Shown here piece after piece: positions 1 to 11,685 of a DNA stretch of 63,959 nt (positions are counted from its first letter, which is position 1; every line of letters starts with the position of its first letter). A model generated the notes under the pieces. It was not told where the DNA came from, made no database searches, and worked only from the letters and a program-made list of their open reading frames with translations. The DNA comes from Octopus bimaculoides (taxonomy: Eukaryota). The stretch spans positions 59,703,919 through 59,767,877 of the forward strand of contig NC_068993.1 in assembly GCF_001194135.2 (NCBI RefSeq), read 5' to 3'. Both the position numbers and the translations under genes were made by a program.

Positions 1-9
1 TATATATAC

Positions 10-59
<50 letters not shown>

Positions 60-62
60 TTG

Positions 63-272
63 TGTGTCTGTGTTTGTCCCCTAACATCGCTTGGTGTGTT
101 TACGATGCTGGTGTGTCTACGTCCCCGTAACTTTGCGGTTCGGCAAAAGAGACCAGTAGAATAAGTACTAGGCTTACAAAGAATAAGTCCTGGTCGTCGA
201 TTTGCTTGTTTAAAGGCGGCGCTCCAGCATGGCCACAGTCAAATGACTGAAACAGGTAAAAGAGTAAAAGAG
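63..272 (+). mobile_element. SINE-A, 3' half (tail module) following a (TA)n/(TG)n microsatellite
   Basis: GTGTCTGTGTTTGTCCC...GTCCCCGTAACTT.GCGGTTCGGCAAAAGAGACC...AATAAGTACTAGGCTTACAAAGAATAAGTCCTGG...GCTCCAGCATGGCCACAGTCAAATGACTGAAAC aligns by eye with copies at 39020-39190, 48782-48897, 10381-10540 (rc), 51888-52085 (rc) and 63590-63797 (rc). Confidence 0.9.
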
Positions 273-1483
273 AAATACATGCACGAATACACAAAGATAT
301 GCATGCGCAAACACACACTTGAACATACGTGGAAATGCACACGCACACACATACATGGATACACTACAATTTTTATAAACACTTCCACAGGCAGACTTAT
401 ACACAGTAACAGGTGAACGCAGAAGAAGTGAACCAGGAAGCGAACTTCTCAGCACACAGCAGCATCATGGGAAGTTCATTGCCTTGGTCGATCTGCATGG
501 CATAAGAAGTGTCTCATGATGCATCGAAAAGAATTCCAATAGAAGAAACAGAAAAACGTAAAAGCATCATATCCTGCAATCAACAGATACATTTGTCCAA
601 TCCTGGCAAAATCAAAATCCTCAATGTTCCCAGAGTGACTTCATAGCAAAATCCATTCCTGGACTCAAATTACATTCACGCAGACATGCCAAATAGATGT
701 AGCTTCTTTTATTTATTTTCAAAGTTGTTTTTTCGTTGTTTCACATTGTTTTCTTTCTCTCTGTCTCATTTTTCTCAAACATTCATCCGTCGAAATCAAA
801 CGGGAGTGGCCATCATATATACATTCGTCCATACGGCCAATCATACGAGTAAGATATACCTACATGGAGTTTGGATGAAAATAGGTAACAGCTTGTGTTG
901 TGGTTCATGTGTGTGATATATGCTGTGTAAATCTCAGAGTTTTATATGTCGTGTAAGTCAAATAAAGAATTCGTAACAACACACCACCACCACCACCACA
1001 ACCACCTCCACCACTAGTAGTAGCTGTTGTTGAAAATATTGAGTGTCATTGCCCTTACAGCTATTATCATTCATGCTGTATGTATTCTTAAATGACAGAA
1101 ATTTTAAATATTTGAAAATTCTTTGTATTTAACATATCAAAATGCAAAAATATATTCACTCATTCTTTACATAAATGCACGTTCGCATACACAACGATGC
1201 ATATATAGATATGCATATGTATGCATACGCATTTGCGTATATATAAATATGTGTGTGTATATAGACACAGATATATAGATATATAATTGCAAACCGCACA
1301 CACATTTATATGCATATAAATATATATATACATACATATGTATATATGTATACACACATACACACATATATATATATGTATATATACACATATATATACG
1401 TATATATACACACATATTGTATATAAAAAGTAAAAAGTATATATATATATAAGAATGTATATCTACATATATATATATATATG

Positions 1484-1520
<37 letters not shown>

Positions 1521-2213
1521 GTATATATACATGTATTTTCAATATATATGTATATATNNNNNNNNNNNNNNNNNNNNNNNNNNNNNNNNNNNNNNNNNNN
1601 NNNNNNNNNNNNNNNNNNNNNNNNNNNNNNNNNNNNNNNNNNNNNNNNNNNNNNNNNNNNNNNNNNNNNNNNNNNNNNNNNNNNNNNNNNNNNNNNNNNN
1701 NNNNNNNNNNNNNNNNNNNNNNNNNNNNNNNNNNNNNNNNNNNNNNNNNNNNNNNNNNNNNNNNNNNTACATATATATATATATATGCTTGCATAGTGTA
1801 TGATAATGTCTGTGGTTGTTTATTATTTATGATTTGTCATGTATATAATACGTGATATATGTATATGCCTGCGTTTGTATGTGGATGTTTGTGCGGTTGT
1901 GCGTGTGTGTAAGGACATTCATAAAATTTTTAAATGCGAAATGAAACAATAATGACTGATCACCCACTCACCCACTCACTGACTAACTCACTCACGCATA
2001 CGCAAACGCGCACATAAACACATTCATACACACACGCGCACGTACACTTGCTCACGCTCGCACGCACACACGCACACATAAACACGTGCGTGAGTGCGTC
2101 CACTTGATATATATATATGTTTGGAACAGTATTGTACTATGTAATACGGTGTACTCGTCTATACATACATATATAATATTCATGTATGTATATGCATGAA
2201 TACACGCACACAC

Positions 2214-2259
<46 letters not shown>

Positions 2260-3104
2260 NNNNNNNNNNNNNNNNNNNNNNNNNNNNNNNNNNNNNNNNN
2301 NNNNNNNNNNNNNNNNNNNNNNNNNNNNNNNNNNNNNNNNNNNNNNNNNNNNNNNNNNNNNNNNNNNNNNNNNNNNNNNNNNNNNNNNNNNNNNNNNNNN
2401 NNNNNNNNNNNNNNNNNNNNNNNNNNNNNNNNNNNNNNNNNNNNNNNNNNNNNNNNNNNNNNNNNNNNNNNNNNNNNNNNNNNNNNNNNNNNNNNNNNNN
2501 NNNNNNNNNNNNNNNNNNNNNNNNNNNNNNNNNNNNNNNNNNNNNNNNNNNNNNNNNNNNNNNNNNNNNNNNNNNNNNNNNNNNNNNNNNNNNNNNNNNN
2601 NNNNNNNNNNNNNNNNNNNNNNNNNNNNNNNNNNNNNNNNNNNNNNNNNNNNNNNNNNNNNNNNNNNNNNNNNNNNNNNNNATATATATATATATATAAT
2701 CACACTCACATTTAACTCAGATTTGAGTGAACAAATCTAGTCTGAATGGGTGAACATAGGCAACAAGTTGTGCCATAAAAGAGCTGTCTAAGTCCTATTA
2801 GGATGAATATCCAAATTTCCTATAATATAGATGACAAATGTCAACAGCATTGTATAGTTTCGGAAAGAATGCCTCACTTTGTATCAGGATTAAAAATATA
2901 ACGCGGCGAAACTCTGCGATATGACCTTGGATGCCTAATTTCAATTCTTTCAAAAAAATTTCTGTTTAGTATTCTTTTGAACATTTAGCTGTGTTTAAAA
3001 AGGTCAAGATTTTCACAGTTTGATTCATGTGAAAATCCATTCTTATGATCGTGATAGTTGTGTGCGGCTGATGTGCAGTAAACTTACCACCATATATCAA
3101 ATAA

Positions 3105-3290
3105 TTGTATCAAAGTTTGGCCCAATACCAGTAATTTTAAGTGGGACTGTGTAAGTTGATTACATCGACCTTAATGCTGATCAGGCACTTTAGTCTATGG
3201 ATCGCGAAAAGATAAAAGAAAGAGTTGCTCATGGTGTAATTTGAACTGGGAACGTAATGCTTCGGACGAAAGCTTTATCTCTGGTATACG
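3105..3290 (-). mobile_element. SINE-B, degenerate copy
   Basis: GTTGATTACATCGACC...ATTTGAACTGGGAACGTAA...GGACGAAA follows the order of the reverse-strand SINE-B at 50190-50353. Confidence 0.6.
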
Positions 3291-3720
3291 AACGATTCTG
3301 CCATCTCTCCGCTTTCCACACAACAAATAATAAGATAGCCGATTTTCGTGGCAACAGTTTACATAAGAGCTAATGAGCTTGTGGCGTGTGAGCTAAAAGA
3401 AAAACAAGGGATTATAAGTATGCCGTTCGTTCAATCGAACAACCGTTCGGTAGTTTGTCCCTCATCAGTATTAGAAGTTGGAACAACTGGTCGTATGCAC
3501 AACGTCTATAAAAAGATATTGACTCACAGAGGTAGCTACAGGTTTGTTCCATAAAAGAATAATATTTAGACGTTAATACATTTGTTGGAATGCTTCTAAC
3601 ATAAAGGTTGGGGCATTCTAACACTGCATTTATTAACCATCGGCATTTTTAGCATGATTTCCAAGATGTACCTAATTCTTTTTTTAAGAAAAGAAACTTT
3701 TGATGTATTAATTAAACAAA

Positions 3721-3722
<2 letters not shown>

Positions 3723-3751
<29 letters not shown>

Positions 3752-3831
3752 GTGAAAGCACGTTATAACAATAAAACTACCGAATAATAATAATAATAAT
3801 AACAATAATAATAATAACAATAATAATAATA

Positions 3832-3882
<51 letters not shown>
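3723..3882. repeat. (AAT)n microsatellite
   Basis: Direct reading; produces the poly-Leu ORF 3596-3907. Confidence 0.95.
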
Positions 3883-4444
3883 GTTTTAGGGATGGAATAT
3901 CGAACAATGAGGTAGAATCAAATCGTTGCGCAAAGCTCCAGTAATAATTAGTCTAATTAGTTAGACATGTCTAATTAAGTGCATGTAACTAATTTACGAA
4001 AGTGTGAATTACATTGTTATATTATGTAATTAATGAGAGAAAGTAATGGAAAGTTGTGTTGTAAAACAGGCTCTGCCTGCACTAAATTTCCATTGTTTTG
4101 TATCAAGCTACAAATAAATATACATAGAGAGAAGCGTGCACGCATAAAACAAGCTCTGATCGTTCTAACTTTCTATTGTTATGTACCTATATGCAGAAAT
4201 ACACACAGGAGTACATGTATGCATACAAATATATACACACATGCATGTACATAGATGCAAAGAGATATACTTACACAAACAAATGCATATAGTATTATAT
4301 AATCTATATCATTATGCGAACATAATATATATTATGTCAATATATATATAAATCATATGTGTATCTTTAACACTCCCTACGTACAAACACACACACGTAT
4401 ATATATATGCATGCATGCTTGTATCTTTATTTTCTGTCTCTGTC

Positions 4445-4496
<52 letters not shown>

Positions 4497-4542
4497 GTTA
4501 TTTTTTATTAAACATAACTAGTCCTAGAACTTTTTGATACCA
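4497..4542 (+). mobile_element. Isolated mariner end (TIR plus subterminal), inverted relative to the adjacent element
   Basis: Reverse complement TGGTATCAAAAAGTTCTAGGACTAGTTATGTTTAATAAAAAATAAC matches 4601-4646 TGGTATCAAAAGGTTTCCGGATTAGTTATGTTTAATAAAAATTAAC. Confidence 0.8.
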
Positions 4543-4557
4543 CTTTGACTTTGTATG

Positions 4558-4593
<36 letters not shown>

Positions 4594-4597
<4 letters not shown>

Positions 4598-5477
4598 AAT
4601 TGGTATCAAAAGGTTTCCGGATTAGTTATGTTTAATAAAAATTAACCAATTTACCTAAGTTTAGCATCACCTGCTTCGAAATAGTCACCTTGCGCAGCAA
4701 TACACCTGTTCCAGCGTTCCTGCCACTTCTGGAATCCGGTCTGGAAGTTGTTTTCCGTTAGCGAGTCGAGGACCTTCTGCGATTCGCTCTGGATCTCCGT
4801 AACAGTGTTAAAACGGTAACATTTGAGCTGCATTTTTTATCTTGGGGGAAGAGATGGAAGTCCGCGGGTGCTAAATCTGGCGAATAGGGTGCGTGCGGAA
4901 TCGATACCATGTTATTTTTGGCGAGAAACTCTGGTGACAACGGTGCATTGTCATCGTGAAGAATCCAATTCTTCGCGCTCCACAGATCCGATCTCTTTCG
5001 CTGACTGTCCTCCTCCAAACGCTTCAAAACGTCCTTGATTTTCCTTCGATGAGCATCATATATACGCTGATAAAATTTCTCCACATATCCGGGTGTGACG
5101 ATCATGGCAGGTCTTCCAGATCAGTTATCGTCTTCCAGGAATGTACTTCCGTTTTTGAAGCGCCCGTGCCACTCAGAACAATGCGTGAGACACATTGCCT
5201 CATCACCGTAAGCTTGTCAAAGCTCGCTCATTGTTTCTGTAGCAGATATCTCAAATTTAACGCAAAATTTCACCGTTGGCTCTTTGACTCCAATTTCCAG
5301 TCCATGACAAAAACCGCAGACTACAGCATACCTCTGATTACAAAAACACAAATTGCGAAGTCACTCGCCAACTGCCTTATAAAGATCACTGCTAACTCTC
5401 AATGCGCACCAATCTTGTGCGGCCATCTGTTGGCGCGCTACAAAACTATTCCCGGAACTTTCTGATACCATCTCGTA
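4594..5477 (-). mobile_element. Internally deleted mariner DNA transposon with frameshifted transposase pseudogene
   Basis: Imperfect TIRs: left TGGTATCAAAAGGTTTCCGGATTAG; right, as rc, TACGAGATGGTATCAGAAAGTTCCGGGAATAG, which ends in TA. Minus-strand peptides: HTH region QAYGDEAMCLTHCSEWHGRFKNG...SGRP, catalytic WILHDDNAP and PYSPDLAPADFHLF, C-terminal FQKWQERWNRCIAAQGDYFE. About 0.88 kb against about 1.3 kb for a typical mariner; the first-Asp region is missing. Confidence 0.93.
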
Positions 5478-6746
5478 CACCCCCCCCACACACACGCACA
5501 CACACACACACACACACATCCCCCTACACATATATAAATATATGATATATGTGTATATGTGTGTGTATGTGTGCTATTTAAATCTGAAACTGCGTAAATC
5601 TCTACTGCTTCTTGTTATCAATCCTCATACGACAGATTTTATTGTTCTTGAAGCTTTCTCATTGGCACTAATCGGAAACTTCGGAAAAGCACTGAGGTGC
5701 CAATATCTACCCATCTACGAAACAGCATCCGTCTGCCTGCATATTAACTAGGGACACAGTAAGTAGGGTGGAATGACATTTAGTTATGTAGAACCTCTTT
5801 GAACATGTGTGCCTACATTCGGACATGGAAAGACAATACGCTGTACAAACTGTCTCGAGAGGAGAAATACTCTTTATAGACAATATAAACACACCACTAG
5901 GCCATGAATTATGACACCAGAGCGTAGAACACATGTATTTCTGCTTTGTTATACTTCATCAGCGACAGATACCATGCTGCCGTTCATGGAAAGTAAGAGC
6001 TAGTTGCTCTTGCAGTAGAACTGCAAATGGTAAATCTGCTGAGGTGCGAAAGCACTTGTCAAACTAGAATTAATTAATTAATTAGAAGTACAGTAAGCAG
6101 AGTTGAAGGAAATACAAACGTGCACGATCACACTAAACATGTCCGTGTACATTCGGAGATGGAGAGACGACAACAAGAGAACAATAAAAGTGATTAATAA
6201 CAAGAGAAAAATAAGAATGATTAATTAAACTATTTTAACATTTACATTGTTTCAATGCTAGAACTTCTTGGGTACAACTGAAGTATATTTAAAGATGAAG
6301 TATTGAAATTAATTGCTCTCATAATCATCTCTCTCTCACTCACTCTTTCTCTGTATATGTGTCTACCGTTTTTGTTAAATACCAATCTCTATTCACGAAC
6401 CTTTCTTTCTATGCTTGCCTCATCTTATCTTGCCTCATCTTATCGTTGTTTCTTTCTAAAACTCCCTCCTTCTTCGTATCTCTTTATCTCTAACTTTCTC
6501 TCTATATATCTTTTTTTTCGATTCGTCCATTCTTACACTACTTTATCTTCAACAGCATTTCCTCTCTCAATCACTGTCTTTCTTGCTGCTCACTAGTAAT
6601 ACCCCTCCTTCTCACCTTTCCAAAGAAAGCACCACGTGATCTTCCTGTTTTTCAAGCTAACCATTTCTTTTGCGAAGTAATGTTTACCACCACTTAAACA
6701 TGGCTGTTCAGTAAGAATTACTGCTATCTCTAGCTGACGAGTATCA

Positions 6747-6794
6747 ACCACTGATGATGACCACAAAAAGGTCGAAACCGTACGCTCTTGTGGT
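6747..6794 (+). ncRNA. Minimal hammerhead-ribozyme-like motif (Penelope type), imperfect stem I
   Basis: CTGATGA(6751-57)-T-GACC-acaaaaa-GGTC-GAAA-CCG-TA: intact core boxes with a 4-bp stem II. Stem I pairing is non-canonical. Confidence 0.5.
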
Positions 6795-9700
6795 CGCGCG
6801 GCTGGAAGATGGTAGGGTTTCACTCCCCTGCTTGCAATACATATCTGGTGCAGAACAACCAGCTGGAGGAGGCGTCTTCCTGCGATTAAAAATAGCAGTA
6901 CCATCGGTTCCTATGCAAAAGCCATTATTAAGAGGCGGTAAACTTTACCTTTCGGTATGGTTACTACTTTCATCTCTTACAGAGATTTTCTAACAAGTTG
7001 ATTTACTCATTCCTTTCGCATTGACAATTCACGCGTCATTTGCCTTTCTTTCCAGCTTCTGATTTGTCTAAGACTTTAAATTTAGCTGTACATCCAACTT
7101 TGTCCTAAGTGTAAAATAATTTCATTTTCTATATATGATTTTTTTTCAAAGTCTGAAAACACTACCACCTTTCCTATCAGTGTTATTTCGCACAAAAGAT
7201 TTTACTGCTGTCGCTTAGCCGAAAGACATTCTATGTAGAATATCTCCCTGTACTGTTTCTTTTTTCTTTTTCTTATTGTCCTTGTTTATTTGTTTCTTTC
7301 GTTTTATGTATTTCCTCCCGTTCTCTTCATAATTCGTACTTTTTACCATTCGCTCTAGAGACATCGCTGCTTTTTCTTGTTATTGTGTTTGTCTTATGTT
7401 TTTTCTTCGTGTTCGTTCATTATGTTACCCATTTATAACCTCAATAGTTTATGCTAGCGACACCACCAAATTCAACAATATTGTCGGAAGGTCATCCAAA
7501 TTGTAATGATATATGATCAGATATCTGCGTCCATTGGGTGATTTTTTTCTTGTTTCGTCGTACGCTCCTTTTGCATCCTCTTTACTAAATTCTTTTATAC
7601 ATACATGCATACATACATACACACATACACACATACACACATATACTCATATATACACAAGCACGCACATATGCATCATGCGTAGTATAGTATAGAGGTT
7701 TCCTAGAGTAGCGATCTGTACAAATATACAATGGATACTGGTCTGATACTGGTGCCAAAGAATGCGATGTTTTATTATTTAGATATTCATAGAAAAAATA
7801 TTCACTGCGTTCGTCCCCCATTCCGAGACAAAATGAAGACTTGAACTTATCTCAGACACTCTGTGGAAATAGTATTGCACTTGGATGTAAAGGTGAATCC
7901 TTACCTCAGTGCGGTGCCTTTTTACTACTCGAGGAACTAAAGTAAATAAATAAATAAAACTGATATTTATTCGTTGGTGAACACTTGTCGTGCAAGGCAT
8001 TAGTGAACAGACTAAAGGCTAAGAAGCACAAATGGTCTCCGTTAATCATCCAAGGAGACCGACTTCGCTCGCTATAAATTGATAAAAACAGGATGAATGG
8101 TTTTTACAAAGTGAACTTCTGCTGAAGATATTAATGGCACCAGTGTGATAGAGATATCACTAACAGGTAATGAAACATTTTACACGAATGATATAATGAA
8201 TGATATCAACAAAAAGGGAAAACTGCACGTTCAGTCGGTCGCCATTAGATTCATGTAAGTGTGATCACACGATCCCATCCGCTTTCAACATTCCATTCTC
8301 TGATAGTTGTCCATTAATCCCTTATGTTTATCGGTTAGAGAAAAACAATGGTGGAAAAGAAAGGAGCTGCAGTGAAAGTTAGTGAAAATTAATTTACTTT
8401 CTATAGATATATTTTCTGGGCGATCTATCGATGATTAGGAAAGATTAGCGGTAAAGCGAGCAGATTTTATTTGGCATTCTAGATCGAATCACCGATCTTC
8501 AAGCGGAAAAAGGAAGACGGCATGATTCAATGCTGTTGTGGACTGAACAGTTGTATGCCCCAAACGTCATTTTTTGGGACATCGAGGATCTGGTACTTCA
8601 TTATTTAGTATACTGCTCCCCTTTTGTAGACGTCAGAGTTTAATTTGAGGGATATGTGGCTACGATATCTAGAAAAGTTAATTGAACACGTATTCAGTGG
8701 CAGCATTATTCACATTGATGAATGATTCTTTGGTTTGAATGTTTCAAAGAGTTTCAGGGAATATGGATTTGCCTTAGATTGGAGTTTTATCCCGATGGGT
8801 TAGACATACCTCTTCCGAATTAGAGACGGTTGTCAATCTTCCCTCATATAACATCTAGCACGTCATAATAAAAGGGAAGACACATTATTTAAAGAAAGAT
8901 GTACAAAAAGATCGCTGTTCATGGTTGCAATGTATTTTTTTTTCATATGTTTATCGAAACAAGGATGACCTGATCTTAAACAACAAATGATAGAACCATT
9001 AGAAAACTCCACAACTTATAATTTTCACAGCTCTAATATTTATTATTTGTTTTATCTTTAGACACCTGAAACATTGACAAAAACATAAATGGATGATAAG
9101 GCGATCAAGTACATTACATGACATATAATGTATGCAGACATGTAATGGACTTAATTTTATTAATACATCGCAATGGCGAGCTTGTAATTGCATCTGCACG
9201 TATTGTTTTGGTATTTCGAATAAGACAAATGCAATTAATGATTGGATGGAGACCTCCTAGGCTGATAAATGTAAGTATAAATTTAGTCCTGACCATCAAG
9301 CATTTCGAGAACGGCATTCTTCTATGACGGCTGAGTCGGCGAACAGCGCCACCTCTGGCTGATTTGGTAGCCATCTTGTCGAGCCTTCAGTAAAACTGAA
9401 ATGGAAGGAACTAGAAGGAATGGCGACAAATATATGTGTCAATTAGTGGAAAGCAGCAAATTGCTTAGTATGAGCGTATACCTGTGTATACACTCAGTAT
9501 GTCAATATGCTATATATATACACAAACTGTACGCCCCGTATATATATAATATATACAAGGGTGTATGTGTATATATATANNNNNNNNNNNNNNNNNNNNN
9601 NNNNNNNNNNNNNNNNNNNNNNNNNNNNNNNNNNNNNNNNNNNNNNNNNNNNNNNNNNNNNNNNNNNNNNNNNNNNNNNNNNNNNNNNNNNNNNNNNNNN

Positions 9701-9985
9701 NNNNNNNNNNNNNNNNNNNNNNNNNNNNNNNNNNNNNNNNNNNNNNNNNNNNNNNNNNNNNNNNNNNNNNNNNNNNNNNNNNNNNNNNNNNNNNNNNNNN
9801 NNNNNNNNNNNNNNNNNNNNNNNNNNNNNNNNNNNNNNNNNNNNNNNNNNNNNNNNNNNNNNNNNNNNNNNNNNNNNNNNNNNNNNNNNNNNNNNNNNNN
9901 NNNNNNNNNNNNNNNNNNNNNATATATATATATATATATATATATGACTACATGTATTAAAAATCAGAGAGAAAAAGAATGTGAC

Positions 9986-10016
<31 letters not shown>

Positions 10017-10206
10017 GAAAATGGAGAGAGAGAGAGAGAGAGAGAGACAGAGAAAGGGTGTCTATGCATGCATGAGGCTGTACGTGTTCACGTTAATGGC
10101 TCTGTGTGTAGATTAACGAGAATATTTTCATTATGGACCTACATTTAAATCTTTTAATGTATTTTATCATCTTTCATATTGACTTTATGTTATATCTCTC
10201 TCTTTC

Positions 10207-10246
<40 letters not shown>

Positions 10247-10380
10247 GGCTATCTGTCTGTCAGTCTATATATCTACGCATACATATATACATATATATAT
10301 ATAGAAATGTACTTCGTCGCATGCTTGGTGCAAGAGATAAATCAAAATTAAAGATGAGGTGTTTGTGAAATAATATTTAC

Positions 10381-10540
10381 TCTTTTTTTTATTTGTTTCA
10401 GTCATTTGACTGCGGCCATGCTGGAGCACCGCCTTTTAGTCGAGCAAATCGACCCCAGGACTTATTCTTTGGAAGCCTAGTACTTATTCTATTGGTAGCT
10501 TTTGCCGAACTGCTAAGTTACGAGGACGTAAATAAACCGC
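10381..10540 (-). mobile_element. SINE-A, 5'-truncated tail
   Basis: TTTCAGTCATTTGACTGCGGCCATGCTGGAGCACCGCC...GACCCCAGGACTTATTCTTTG..AGCCTAGTACTTATTC is the rc of the SINE-A tail. Confidence 0.9.
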
Positions 10541-10895
10541 TGAGAATGGCGGAGTCGGAGATTAGCAGAATCCGCTGGGATTTCCCAATCCAAACAGATC
10601 AGGTGCTAGAGCATAACAGACCAGACCTAGTGGTGGTCGACAAGATGCACCACATACGCTATATAGTTGATGCTGCATTCCCCTTTGATCTACGAATAGT
10701 CAAGAAGGAAGGTGAAAAGATAGATAGATACAACTCTCTTAAGTACGAAATAGCCCGGCTATGGAAAATGGAGGTGAAGACAGGGCCAATTATTGTTGGA
10801 TCCTTGGGGACAGTATCAGAAGGCATCAAGAGGAATATAAAGGAAACTGGAATAGAGTGCTCAGTAGAACTGTTACAAAAGGTTTGCCTCCTTGG
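10540..10895 (+). mobile_element. R4/Dong-like non-LTR retrotransposon 3' fragment (restriction-like endonuclease domain), running into an assembly gap
   Basis: Open frame WDFPIQTDQVLEHNRPDLVVVDK...YIVDAAFP.D..IVKKEGEKIDRY..L..EIARLW...PIIVGSLG...LLQKVCLL. This is the PD..D..K REL signature typical of RLE-encoding LINEs, with R4-clade wording. Confidence 0.88.
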
Positions 10896-11639
10896 NNNNN
10901 NNNNNNNNNNNNNNNNNNNNNNNNNNNNNNNNNNNNNNNNNNNNNNNNNNNNNNNNNNNNNNNNNNNNNNNNNNNNNNNNNNNNNNNNNNNNNNNNNNNN
11001 NNNNNNNNNNNNNNNNNNNNNNNNNNNNNNNNNNNNNNNNNNNNNNNNNNNNNNNNNNNNNNNNNNNNNNNNNNNNNNNNNNNNNNNNNNNNNNNNNNNN
11101 NNNNNNNNNNNNNNNNNNNNNNNNNNNNNNNNNNNNNNNNNNNNNNNNNNNNNNNNNNNNNNNNNNNNNNNNNNNNNNNNNNNNNNNNNNNNNNNNNNNN
11201 NNNNNNNNNNNNNNNNNNNNNNNNNNNNNNNNNNNNNNNNNNNNNNNNNNNNNNNNNNNNNNNNNNNNNNNNNNNNNNNNNNNNNNNNNNNNNNNNNNNN
11301 NNNNNNNNNNNNNNNNNNNNNNNNNNNNNNNNNNNNNNNNNNNNNNNNNNNNNNNNNNNNNNNNNNNNNNNNNNNNNNNNNNNNNNNNNNNNNNNNNNNN
11401 NNNNNNNNNNNNNNNNNNNNNNNNNNNNNNNNNNNNNNNNNNNNNNNNNNNNNNNNNNNNNNNNNNNNNNNNNNNNNNNNNNNNNNNNNNNNNNNNNNNN
11501 NNNNNNNNNNNNNNNNNNNNNNNNNNNNNNNNNNNNNNNNNNNNNNNNNNNNNNNNNNNNNNNNNNNNNNNNNNNNNNNNNNNNNNNNNNNNNNNNNNNN
11601 NNNNNNNNNNNNNNNNNNNNNNNNNNNNNNNNNNNNNNN

Positions 11640-11685
<46 letters not shown>

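Noticed and set aside
385-420. ACAGGCA...CAGGTGAAC similarity to rc of 63444-63476, both about 120 bp beyond a SINE-A 3' end
   Set aside because: Only two short anchors match, with unrelated middles; not distinguishable from chance by eye.
3961-3974. 14-bp perfect palindrome TTAGACATGTCTAA containing a p53-type half-site
   Set aside because: A single half-site in AT-rich DNA; expected by chance in a window of this size.
9344-9358. CAGCGCCACCTCTGG CTCF-like site
   Set aside because: Only half of the core matches unless a base is inserted; much weaker than 41632.
10393-10540. N-terminal part of the 547-aa ORF (FQSFDCGHAGAPP...)
   Set aside because: It is the antisense translation of the SINE-A tail; the same peptide recurs at 100-348 and 63524-63769. 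Only the REL part is coding-derived.
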